Shown here piece after piece: positions 21,169-29,865 of a DNA stretch of 64,000 bases. The position numbers and the translations under genes are program-made. Where the stretch lies: the NCBI GenBank assembly GCA_963822855.1, contig CAWGJE010000005.1, positions 81,622 to 145,621 on the forward strand, written 5' to 3'. The DNA comes from an uncultured Solirubrobacterales bacterium (GTDB taxonomy: Bacteria; Actinomycetota; Thermoleophilia; Solirubrobacterales; Solirubrobacteraceae). Within the stretch, counting starts at the first letter, position 1. The number at the start of each line of letters is the position of its first letter. The notes under the pieces are model-generated. The model searched no databases. It was given only the letters and a program-made list of their open reading frames with translations, and had not been told where the DNA came from.

Positions 21169-22018
21169 CGTCGAGCACTCCTCGCGCGATCACGCGCTCC
21201 ATGTCCTCGTGCACCTTCAGCGCGACCCCCAGGGTCTCCTCGAGGTCGGCGTCCTCGCCGAGCTGGAGCAGCGCCCGGGCCCACACGATCGTCTCCCCCA
21301 CGCCCGGAAGCTTGTAGAGGTCGCCCTGCTCGCGCAGCCGCGAAACCGCCGTCACGACCCGGCTCGCGATCGTCTCGGACACGCCTGGGATTCGAGTGCG
21401 GACGATCTCGCGCTCGAGCTCGGCGCCCGGGTAGTCGATCCACTGGTACAGACAACGGCGCTTCAGCGCGTCATGGAGCTCGCGCGTGCGGTTCGAGGTC
21501 AGGAACACCGTCGGCCGCCGCGCCGCGGTGATCGTCCCCAGCTCGGGGATCGTGACCGCGAAGTCGGCCAGGAACTCGAGCAGGAACGCCTCGAACTCGT
21601 CGTCGGCGCGGTCGATCTCGTCGATCAGGAGCACGACCGGTTGATCCGCGTCCGCCTCCAGCGCATCCAGCAGCGGACGGCGCAGCAGGAACCGGCGCGA
21701 AAACAGCTCGCCCTCGTCGACCCCCGCCTCAGCGGCGCGCAACGCGAGCAGCTGCCGGGCGTAATCCCAGTCGTAGACCGCGTGATGCAGGTCGATCCCC
21801 TCATGGCACTGGAGGCGGATCAGCCGCGCGCCGGTGGCGGCGGCAAGCGCCCGCGCGACCTCCGTCTTGCCGACGCCGGCCTCGCCCTCGAGCAGGAGCG
21901 GCTGCTCGAGGGCCACCGCGAGATGGACGGCCAGCGCGAGCGGGCGACCGGCCAAATAGCCCTGGGAGGCGAGCGCCGCGCGCGCCTCCTCTACGGACCC
22001 GACGTGCGAAAGAGTCAC
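21161..22018 (-). CDS. coxD: CoxD MoxR-family AAA+ ATPase
   Basis: LLEGEAGVGKT, RLQCHEG, LLIDEIDRAD, TSNRTRELHDALKRRC. Confidence 0.92.
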   Translation of the reverse strand: MTLSHVGSVEEARAALASQGYLAGRPLALAVHLAVALEQPLLLEGEAGVGKTEVARALAAATGARLIRLQCHEGIDLHHAVYDWDYARQLLALRAAEAGVDEGELFSRRFLLRRPLLDALEADADQPVVLLIDEIDRADDEFEAFLLEFLADFAVTIPELGTITAARRPTVFLTSNRTRELHDALKRRCLYQWIDYPGAELEREIVRTRIPGVSETIASRVVTAVSRLREQGDLYKLPGVGETIVWARALLQLGEDADLEETLGVALKVHEDMERVIARGVLDGV

Positions 22019-22025
22019 ACAGCCA

Positions 22026-22874
22026 TCATGGCAGCCCCGCTGCCTCTTCGAGGGCGCGGCGGGTCAGCACGCGCGCCAGGTGGCGCTTGTACTCCGCGCT
22101 CGCGTTGAGGTCGGCGGGCGGGTCGGTGCCATCCGCCGCCTGGTCGGCCGCCCTGGCGATGCTCTCCTTGTTCAACGGCTGTCCACGGAGAGCCTCCTCG
22201 ACGCCGCCGGCGCGCAACGGAACCGACGCCATGTTCGTCAGGCCGACGCGGACGTCCTCGCACACGTCGCCGGTCTGCTTGACGAGCACGCTGACGGCCA
22301 CCATCGCCCAGTCCTCGCTGCGCCGGTTGAACTTCTGGTAGCTATAGCCCCAGCCGTCGTATACCGGCATTCGCACCTCAGTGAGGACCTCGGCCGGCTC
22401 GATCGCGGTCTCGAGGTAGTTGCGGAACAGATCGCTCGCGGCGACGCTCCGCTGGCTGCCCCCCGCGCCCTGCAACGTCACGCTGGCGTCGCAGATCAGC
22501 ATCACGGCAGGCAGGTCCGAGGCGGGGTCGCCGTGGGCCAGCGATCCTCCGATCGTGCCGCGATTGCGGACCTGCGGGTCCGCGATCGTCCCTGCCGTCT
22601 TCGAGACGATTCCCAGGTCGGGGGTGTGCTCGAGCGCGGCGTGAGGCGTCAGGGCACCGATTCGCCAGTTGCCGTTCTCGCGCTGGATCCCGTGCAGCCC
22701 GGGCACTTTGCGCAGGTCCACGAGCAGCGACGGCGCCGCCAGTCGGAGCTTCATCAGTGGCAGCAGCGAATGCCCGCCGGCCAGCAGCTTCGCGTCCTCG
22801 CCACCGTCGGTGACCGCTTGGATCGCCTCCTCGAGGGTGTCCGGCGCGGTGTAGTCGAACTCGGCCGGAATCAT
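22026..22874 (-). CDS. coxM: Molybdenum hydroxylase FAD-binding medium subunit
   Basis: [47 protein letters not shown] overlap with coxL. Confidence 0.93.
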   Translation of the reverse strand: MIPAEFDYTAPDTLEEAIQAVTDGGEDAKLLAGGHSLLPLMKLRLAAPSLLVDLRKVPGLHGIQRENGNWRIGALTPHAALEHTPDLGIVSKTAGTIADPQVRNRGTIGGSLAHGDPASDLPAVMLICDASVTLQGAGGSQRSVAASDLFRNYLETAIEPAEVLTEVRMPVYDGWGYSYQKFNRRSEDWAMVAVSVLVKQTGDVCEDVRVGLTNMASVPLRAGGVEEALRGQPLNKESIARAADQAADGTDPPADLNASAEYKRHLARVLTRRALEEAAGLP

Positions 22875-25255
22875 GCCGGCACACCTCCCTTGGCTTCCTG
22901 AATCGCTTCCCAGATACGCATCGGGGAGAGCGGCATGTTGATGAAGTCGACGCCCAGTGGCCTGAGTGCGTCCAGCACCGCGTTGGTGACGGCGGCGCTG
23001 CCGGCGATCGTGCCGGCCTCGCCGACGCCCTTGACGCCGAGCGAGTTGACCGGCGACGGGGTCTCCGTCCGGTCGGTCTCGTAGCTGGGCAGCTCGGCCG
23101 CCGTCGGCAGCGCGTAGTCCACGAACGTGCCCGTGACAAGCTGGCCGGATTCGTCGTAGTGGATCCGCTCGTACAACGCCTGGCCGACGCCGTGGGTGAT
23201 CCCGCCGTGAACCTGGCCGTCGATCAGCAGCGGATTGATCGCCGGCCCGCAGTCGTCGACCGCCACGTAGCGGACGACCTTGGTCTTGCCCGTCTCCCCG
23301 TCGATGTCGACCACGCACGCGTGCGCGCCGAACGGGAACACGAAGTTCTCCGGGTCGTAGAACGACTGCTCGTCGAGCCCGGGTTCCATGCCCTCGGGCA
23401 TGTCCATCGTCACGTACGCGGCGCCCGCGGCCTCGGCGAGCGTCAACCCCTTGTCGGGAGAGCCGCGCACCGAGAACTTGCCGTCGCGCAGCTCGATGTC
23501 CTCCGGGGCCGCCTCGAGCTGATGGGCGACGATCGCCTTGACCTTGTTGGCGACCTTGGTGGCCGCTCGCGCAGCCGCCTCGCCGCCCACGGCGAGTGAG
23601 CGCGAGCCATACGTATCGAGCCCGAACGGACCCGTCTGCGTGTCGCCGTGGATGACGTCGACCTGCTGTGGATCGATGCCGAGCTTGTCGGCGACGATCT
23701 GAGCAAAACCGGTCTCGTGGCCCTGTCCGTGAGGCGAGGTGCCGGTATACAGCGTCGCCGATCCGGTGGCGTGGACGCGGATGGTGGCGGACTCCCAACC
23801 GCCGCCCTGCAGCCCGAAACCGCCCGGACCGACGGCCCGCGAGGGTGCGTTGCCGCAGATCTCGGTGTAGGTGCAGAACCCGATGCCGCGGTAAATGCCC
23901 TGAGCGCGCAGCTCCTCGGCCTCCGCGCGCACCTGCGCGGGGTCGATGTGCTCGAGCAGCTTGTCGAGCGCGGCCGCGTAGTTACCGGAGTCGTACACGA
24001 CGCCAATCGGCGTCTCATGGCCGGTGGCGAACGGCGGGATGAAGTTCTTGCGCCGCAGCTCCAGCGGGTCCATGTCGAGCTCGTGGGCGAGCTGGTCCAT
24101 AACGACCTCGATCATGTGGGTCGCCTCGGGCCGGCCCGCACCCCGGATCGCGTCCGTCGGGAACTTGTTCGTGTGCACGCTGGTCACGTCGGTCACGACG
24201 GCCGGCGTGTTGTAGACGCCGCACATCACGAACGCGCTCAGCGGCGGGATCAGCGGGGTCAGCAACATCTGGTAGGCCCCGATGTCGGCGATGATCTTCG
24301 AGTGCCACGCGGTGAGCGTGCCGTCGCGCTTGGCGCCGACCTTGACGTAGTCGACCTGGTCACGCCCGTGGTGGGTGACCATCATCCCCTCAGAGCGCGT
24401 CTCGATCCATTTCACCGGACGTCCGAGCTTGCGCGACGCCCATGCGCAGCCGATCTCCTCGGCGTAGATCTGGAGCTTCGACCCGAAGCCGCCGCCGACC
24501 TCGGGCGCGATCACGCGGACCCGGTCCTCGCCGACGCCCAGGAGAATCGCGAGGAACAGGCGAAGGAAGTGCGGCACCTGGGTCGAGCTCCACACGGTCA
24601 ACCGGTCGCCGCGGTACTCGGCCAGCACCGCGCGGGGCTCGATCGCCGCGCCGGCGATTCGATGGTTGACGACGCGACGCTCGATGATCACGTCGGCCTC
24701 GGCGAAGCCCGCCTCGAGGTCGCCGCCGCCAAGCGACCAATCGCACACCTTGTTGGTCCCGAACTTTTCGTGGACGAGCGGCGACCCATCCTCGAGGGCC
24801 TTCTCGGGATCGGTCACGACCGGCAGCGGCTCGTACTCGACGACCACCTGCTCGGCGGCGTCGACCACCGTGTAGCGGTCATCGCCGACGACGAGCGCAA
24901 CCGGGTCGCCGACGTGCTTGACCTCGTCCTTGGCGAGCACCCAGTGATCGGGAGTGTTGACCGTGACGCCCGGCGGGACCCACGCCATCGGCAGGCCCGC
25001 CTCCATGTCGAGATCCTCGTTGGTGTAGACCGCCCATACCCCGTCGCGCGCCTTGGCCTCGGAGGTGTCGATCGAGACGATCTTGGCGTGCGCCTCGGGC
25101 GAGCGCACCCACGCAGCCCACAGCTGGCCGACGAGGTTGATGTCGTCGACGTAGCTGGCGCTGCCGGTGATCAGGCGGGGATCCTCCTTGCGCCTTAGTG
25201 ACTGCCCTACGTGGGTCTTGCCGTTCGTCGCGGGGCCTTCCGCGGTCGCGCTCAT
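22871..25255 (-). CDS. coxL: Form II-like CoxL/xanthine-dehydrogenase-family molybdopterin large subunit
   Basis: [53 protein letters not shown]. Lacks the form I AYxCSFR loop. Confidence 0.92.
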   Translation of the reverse strand: MSATAEGPATNGKTHVGQSLRRKEDPRLITGSASYVDDINLVGQLWAAWVRSPEAHAKIVSIDTSEAKARDGVWAVYTNEDLDMEAGLPMAWVPPGVTVNTPDHWVLAKDEVKHVGDPVALVVGDDRYTVVDAAEQVVVEYEPLPVVTDPEKALEDGSPLVHEKFGTNKVCDWSLGGGDLEAGFAEADVIIERRVVNHRIAGAAIEPRAVLAEYRGDRLTVWSSTQVPHFLRLFLAILLGVGEDRVRVIAPEVGGGFGSKLQIYAEEIGCAWASRKLGRPVKWIETRSEGMMVTHHGRDQVDYVKVGAKRDGTLTAWHSKIIADIGAYQMLLTPLIPPLSAFVMCGVYNTPAVVTDVTSVHTNKFPTDAIRGAGRPEATHMIEVVMDQLAHELDMDPLELRRKNFIPPFATGHETPIGVVYDSGNYAAALDKLLEHIDPAQVRAEAEELRAQGIYRGIGFCTYTEICGNAPSRAVGPGGFGLQGGGWESATIRVHATGSATLYTGTSPHGQGHETGFAQIVADKLGIDPQQVDVIHGDTQTGPFGLDTYGSRSLAVGGEAAARAATKVANKVKAIVAHQLEAAPEDIELRDGKFSVRGSPDKGLTLAEAAGAAYVTMDMPEGMEPGLDEQSFYDPENFVFPFGAHACVVDIDGETGKTKVVRYVAVDDCGPAINPLLIDGQVHGGITHGVGQALYERIHYDESGQLVTGTFVDYALPTAAELPSYETDRTETPSPVNSLGVKGVGEAGTIAGSAAVTNAVLDALRPLGVDFINMPLSPMRIWEAIQEAKGGVPA

Positions 25256-25758
25256 GACGAGACCCCCGACTCCTGCGAGACGCTCGGGCCCTTCACCTTG
25301 GCGGCGTCGAGCACAGCCTTGACGATGTTGTGGTAGCCGGTGCAGCGGCACAGGTTGCCCTCGAGGCCGTGCCGCACCTCTTCTTCGGTCGGGTTCGGGT
25401 TCTCAGCGAGTAGTCCCGCGGCGGCCATGATCATCCCGGGCGTGCAGTAGCCGCACTGCAGGCCGTGGTCGTTCCAGAATGCCTCCTGCAGCGGATGCAG
25501 CTCGTTCTCGGTGGCCATCCCCTCGATCGTCGTCAGCGCCGCGCCGTCGGCCTGAACGGCGAGCACCGTGCACGACTTGACGGGCTTCCCGTCCATGTGA
25601 ATGGTGCAAGCTCCGCAGTTGGACGTGTCGCAGCCGACGTGCGTGCCGGTCAGCCCCAGGTGATCACGTATCGCATGGACCAGCAACAGGCGCGGCTCGA
25701 CCTCCAGGTCGTGCTCGACACCGTTGACGTTCAAGCGGACGGGAACGGTTCTACTCAT
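25252..25758 (-). CDS. coxS: (2Fe-2S) small subunit
   Basis: [31 protein letters not shown]. Confidence 0.94.
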   Translation of the reverse strand: MSRTVPVRLNVNGVEHDLEVEPRLLLVHAIRDHLGLTGTHVGCDTSNCGACTIHMDGKPVKSCTVLAVQADGAALTTIEGMATENELHPLQEAFWNDHGLQCGYCTPGMIMAAAGLLAENPNPTEEEVRHGLEGNLCRCTGYHNIVKAVLDAAKVKGPSVSQESGVSS

Positions 25759-25833
25759 GCCTCTCCCTTCCAGGTTTGCTGGGCAAACGCGACCATACTC
25801 CAAGCGGCGCGTCGCAGGGAGGAGGATCGACCG

Positions 25834-27039
25834 TCAGCGGTGCGCGAGGACCTGGTAGACCGACGCCCACCCGGTCTCGAAGCCCTGCCGGGCGGCGCGC
25901 AGGTAGAGCCGCCAGATCCTGGCGCGCTCGATGCCCGCGAGCCTGACGGCGTCATCCCAGTGCGCGTCGAACCGCTCGGTCCAGGAGGTGATCGTCCTCG
26001 CGTAGTCGCTCTGCAGCCCCTCGACGTGCGTCGTTGTGAACTCGACGCGCTCGAGCGCCTGGATAACCCGTGAGAGCGGCAACGGGACTCCGTCCGGGAA
26101 CACGAACCGCTCCGAGAACGCACCCTCGTCCGGCGTGTCGAAGTCCTTGAGCTTGGCGATCCCGTGGTTGAGCAACCTGCCCTCGGGCCTGAGAAGCTCG
26201 AACAGCCGACGAGCGTAAACGTCGATCTGCTCCTCTCCCACGTGCTCGACCATCCCGATGCTGGCGATCGCGTCGAACGGCCCGTCGGACACCTCGCGGT
26301 AGTCGGCCACGCGGATCTCGACCCGGTCGGCCAGGCCGGCCTCGCGAACCCGCTCGCGGGCCAGCTCAGCCTGACGCTCGGCGAGCGTGATCCCGACCGC
26401 GCGCACGCCGTAGCGGCTGGCCGCGTGGATCACGAAGCTCCCCCATCCGCACCCGACGTCGAGCACGCGCTCGCCCTCGCGCAGGCCAAGCTTCTTGCAG
26501 ACGAGGTCGACCTTGGCCTCCTGGGCCTGCTCGAGCGTCTCGGCGCCGCCGGCGAAGTAGGCGCAGCTGTAGGTCATCGAGCGATCGAGGAACAGCGCGA
26601 AGAAGTCGTTGCCGACGTCGTAATGGTGGCGGACGGCGCGCCGGTCACGCGAAATCGTGTGCCGCTGCCCGCGGAGCCTCAGTTCGGCGGTCGGGACCGG
26701 TGGCGGGAGGACGAGCCCGCAGGCGCGGAACACCGCTACCGCGAGGCTCACCTTCTGGCCGAGCGAGAGGTCCGGCGGCTCGAACTCGTCCACCATCAGC
26801 AGCGCCGCGTCGAGGTCGTCGACGTCGATCATGCCGGCCACATAGGCGCGGCCGAGCCCGAGCTCGCCCGGGGCCCGCAGGGCGTGGGCCAGTGCCTGCG
26901 GCGTGCGCAGCGTCAGCGTCGGCGCGCCGGGCTCAGTGGCCGCGACCTCGGTTCCGTCCCAGAAGCGCACGCCAAACGGCCGGCGCGGCAGGCTCGTCGT
27001 CAGCGCACGCCGGAGGGGAGCCGTCTGGGAAAACGCCAC
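25834..27039 (-). CDS. cfa: Cyclopropane-fatty-acyl-phospholipid synthase family methyltransferase
   Basis: VRHHYDVGNDFF, SMTYSCAYF, VLDVGCGWG, SIGMVEHVG, RIWRLYL. Confidence 0.92.
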   Translation of the reverse strand: MAFSQTAPLRRALTTSLPRRPFGVRFWDGTEVAATEPGAPTLTLRTPQALAHALRAPGELGLGRAYVAGMIDVDDLDAALLMVDEFEPPDLSLGQKVSLAVAVFRACGLVLPPPVPTAELRLRGQRHTISRDRRAVRHHYDVGNDFFALFLDRSMTYSCAYFAGGAETLEQAQEAKVDLVCKKLGLREGERVLDVGCGWGSFVIHAASRYGVRAVGITLAERQAELARERVREAGLADRVEIRVADYREVSDGPFDAIASIGMVEHVGEEQIDVYARRLFELLRPEGRLLNHGIAKLKDFDTPDEGAFSERFVFPDGVPLPLSRVIQALERVEFTTTHVEGLQSDYARTITSWTERFDAHWDDAVRLAGIERARIWRLYLRAARQGFETGWASVYQVLAHR

Positions 27040-27052
27040 CCGCCGCAGGCTA

Positions 27053-28003
27053 TTACAGGACTGCTCCGGCCAGCGCCTTGCTGTCCTTGCGGTCGGGGCT
27101 CACGCGCACCACGTCCCAGGCCAGGCCGCTCAGCTCCAGCAGCCTGATGATCGCGGCGGACGGGTCGATCTGCCAACGGCGCAGCCCGTGCCGGTACGAG
27201 CACGGGAACGCGTGGTGGTTGTTGTGCCAGGCCTCGCCCCAGGTGGGGATCGCCAGCCACGCGAGGTTGCGCGACTCATCGTGGGTGTCGTAATCCTGGC
27301 GGCCGAAGAAGTGGCACAGCGAGTTGATGCTGAACGTGGCGTGGTGCATGAAGAAGATCCGGGCCGCACCACCCCAGAGCAGCGCGGTCAGGCCGCCGGC
27401 GACGCTACCCGTCAGCGCGACGCCGAGCCCGAACGCCGCGGCAAGCCCCGCGACGACCCACAACACGAACGTCTGATCGACGAACCGGATCCACGGGTCC
27501 GCTAACAGGTCTTTGGCGTACCGGCGCTCGTCGGCCACCTCCATGTCGCTGAACACCCACCCGAGGTGCGCGTGCATGAGGCCCTTGATCGCGCCGAGCC
27601 AGCCTGTCCCGTGTCCGACGTGGGGGCTGTGCGGATCCCCGTCGATATCGGAGAACTGGTGGTGCTTGCGATGCGTCGCCACCCAGTCGATCACCGGCCC
27701 CTCGGCGGCCGCCGATCCGAGCGCGGCGAAGGCCGCTCGTGTGAGCCGGTGGCACCTGAAGCTTCCGTGGGTCAGGAGCCGGTGGAAGCCGACGGTTATC
27801 CCCGTCCCCACCGCCATGTAGAACAGGGCGAGGATCAGAAGGTCCTGCCAGTTCAGGAGATTGCCGACCCAGCCGAACCACATCCCGACAGCGACCATGA
27901 TCGGCGGCACGGCGGTTACGACGGCGCTCGCGGTGCGGTCCACGACCGGCATCGTCACGGGCCGCACTTGGCCCGCGGGCACAGGTGTAGGGGTAGATCC
28001 CAT
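27053..28003 (-). CDS. Delta-9 acyl-CoA/acyl-lipid desaturase
   Basis: His boxes HRLLTH, HRKHH and HNNHH, plus GDPHSP and SINSLCH. Confidence 0.92.
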   Translation of the reverse strand: MGSTPTPVPAGQVRPVTMPVVDRTASAVVTAVPPIMVAVGMWFGWVGNLLNWQDLLILALFYMAVGTGITVGFHRLLTHGSFRCHRLTRAAFAALGSAAAEGPVIDWVATHRKHHQFSDIDGDPHSPHVGHGTGWLGAIKGLMHAHLGWVFSDMEVADERRYAKDLLADPWIRFVDQTFVLWVVAGLAAAFGLGVALTGSVAGGLTALLWGGAARIFFMHHATFSINSLCHFFGRQDYDTHDESRNLAWLAIPTWGEAWHNNHHAFPCSYRHGLRRWQIDPSAAIIRLLELSGLAWDVVRVSPDRKDSKALAGAVL

Positions 28004-28277
28004 CTCTCTTCTTTGCTCTCTGGGTTGTCGGAGGTCGGGGGGCTTATCCCCTCGCGCGCCACGCGTTCATGCCAGCGACCTGACGTCGGGCGCCGCTCGA
28101 CTCCCGGGCCGAGCCACGTATAGCGCTGTCGCGATGCTACTGATTGCGACCGACGCCTGCACTATTACCCACCCGCGATCCGGACAACCGGCATTCGTAT
28201 ACGCGCGCATGCCGCGCCCGCATACAGTTCATGCGACACCGCCATCGGACGCACATCCCGCCACGGGAAGGAGAGCC

Positions 28278-28670
28278 ATGGGTTTCGACCAGTATCACGA
28301 GCCACCCGAGGAACTGCCGCAGGCGACCCGCACGTTCGCCCGGCTGTGCGCCTCGCTGACCGAGGAGGCCGAAGCGATCGGGTGGTACGAACAGCGAATC
28401 GCGGTCGAGACCGATCCCGAGGCGCTCGCGGTCATGCGCGACGCCCAGGGCGAGGAGTTCAAGCACTTCAGCATGGACCTCGAGTTCCTGCTGCGCCGCT
28501 CGCCGGCGTGGCGCGAGATCGCGGAGGGCGTGCTGTTCCAGCCGGGCGACATCGTCGAACGCGGCGAGGAGGCCGAGGCCGAAACGTTCGACTCGGACGG
28601 CGCCGACGGCGAGGGCGGCTACCCCGCCGGCTCGCTCGGTATCGGCAGCCTGAAAGGAGCACTGCGATGA
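28278..28670 (+). CDS. Encapsulin-associated ferritin-like protein (Flp/EncFtn) with C-terminal cargo-loading peptide
   Basis: QYHEP, SLTEEAEAIGWYEQR, EEFKH, C-terminal GSLGIGSLK. RBS GAAGGAG before ATG 28278. Confidence 0.92.
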   Translation: MGFDQYHEPPEELPQATRTFARLCASLTEEAEAIGWYEQRIAVETDPEALAVMRDAQGEEFKHFSMDLEFLLRRSPAWREIAEGVLFQPGDIVERGEEAEAETFDSDGADGEGGYPAGSLGIGSLKGALR

Positions 28671-29467
28671 ACCATCTGCTTCGCTCGCTGGCGCCGATCA
28701 GCGACTCGGGTTGGAAGGAACTCGACGACGAGGCGCGGGAGCGGCTTGCTCCGGCCCTCGCCGCCCGTCGGCTCGTCGATTTCTCGGGGCCCCACGGCTG
28801 GGAGCATTCGGCCACGAATCTGGGGCGGGTCACCCCCGCGCTGAAGGCGCCTCCATGCGACGGAGTCGTCGGCGTGCAGCGACGCGTGCTGCCGCTGGTC
28901 GAGGTTCGGGCCAGCTTCGCGATCGCGCTGTCCGAGCTCCGGGACATCGACCGCGGCGCCGACGACGCCGACCTCGAGCCGCTCGACAAGGCAGCCCACC
29001 AGATCGCGGTGGCCGAGAACAAGGCTGTGTTCCACGGCTGGAAGGGAGCGATGGAGGGCATCGCCGAGGCATCTCCGCACAAGGGTCTGACGCTCGGCAG
29101 CAAGCCCGACGCGTACCGGCGGCCGGTGGCGGCCGCGGTCGAGCGACTGCTCCACAGCGGCATCAGCGGCCCGTATGGTCTAGCGCTCGGCGGAGAGGAG
29201 TACACGCGCGTGGTCGAGGGCGCCGAACACGGCGGCTACCCGCTGTTCGAGCACCTGCACAAGATCCTGGACGGCCCGATCGTCTGGGCCCCGGGCGTCG
29301 GTGGCGCGGTCGTCGTCAGCCTTCGTGGCGGCGACTTCGTGTTCGAGTCCGGGCAGGACCTGTCGATCGGCTACGACGGGTACGACGGCGAGTCCGTGAG
29401 GTTGTATCTCGAGGAGAGCTTCAGCTTCCACGTGGCGACGCCGGAGGCCGCGGTGGCGCTCGCCTGA
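28667..29467 (+). CDS. enc: Family 1 encapsulin shell protein (Linocin M18 family)
   Basis: MNHLLRSLAPIS..W, RRLVDFSGPHGW, RVLPLVE, GQDLSIGY, LYLEESFSF. ATGA overlap with the Flp gene. Confidence 0.95.
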   Translation: MNHLLRSLAPISDSGWKELDDEARERLAPALAARRLVDFSGPHGWEHSATNLGRVTPALKAPPCDGVVGVQRRVLPLVEVRASFAIALSELRDIDRGADDADLEPLDKAAHQIAVAENKAVFHGWKGAMEGIAEASPHKGLTLGSKPDAYRRPVAAAVERLLHSGISGPYGLALGGEEYTRVVEGAEHGGYPLFEHLHKILDGPIVWAPGVGGAVVVSLRGGDFVFESGQDLSIGYDGYDGESVRLYLEESFSFHVATPEAAVALA

Positions 29468-29480
29468 CCGCGCCTGGATC

Positions 29481-29763
29481 ACCTGCGAAACACGACCTTC
29501 GAACATTTGACGCGGCCGGCCCAGGCCTTGACGTGTCGCGCACGCCCACATGCCCGACGCGTCAAGGGTCGCTCAGAGGCGGTCGTTTGTCGCGTTATGC
29601 AGGTTCTCGACTGTCCCGCCCGTCGGCACTCGCGCCCCGGCCCCCGACGACCTGATCGGCGACTTCGGCCAACGACCCTCACGCGGGCAATGACCTGCAA
29701 GTCCTGCCAACGGACGTGCCAACCGGGGACCGTGTCAGACCGCGCATGCCCCACATGCGCCGA
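29481..29763. other. Structured non-coding region with nested inverted and direct repeats
   Basis: Stem 29526-29538 / 29555-29567, outer pairs ACGACC/GGTCGT and ACCTGC/GCAGGT, direct repeat 29537 / 29741, and tandem TGCCAAC at 29705 and 29717. Confidence 0.45.
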
Positions 29764-29865
29764 ATGCCACGGCTCGCCTCGCCGGCGCCCAGTGGCAGAC
29801 CATGCATGCTCGGGCGATGATCTCTGGGAGCGCCAGCGGCCAGCGCCTGGCGGCCACCACCGCCC

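Noticed and set aside
22026-23798. 590-aa ORF as an extended CoxM
   Set aside because: The N-terminal half is an off-frame read of coxL. The real start is ATG 22874, coupled to the coxL stop.
22871-25255. Calling the cluster a bona fide aerobic CO dehydrogenase
   Set aside because: It lacks the AYxCSFR Cu-binding loop, and the order is S-L-M rather than M-S-L.
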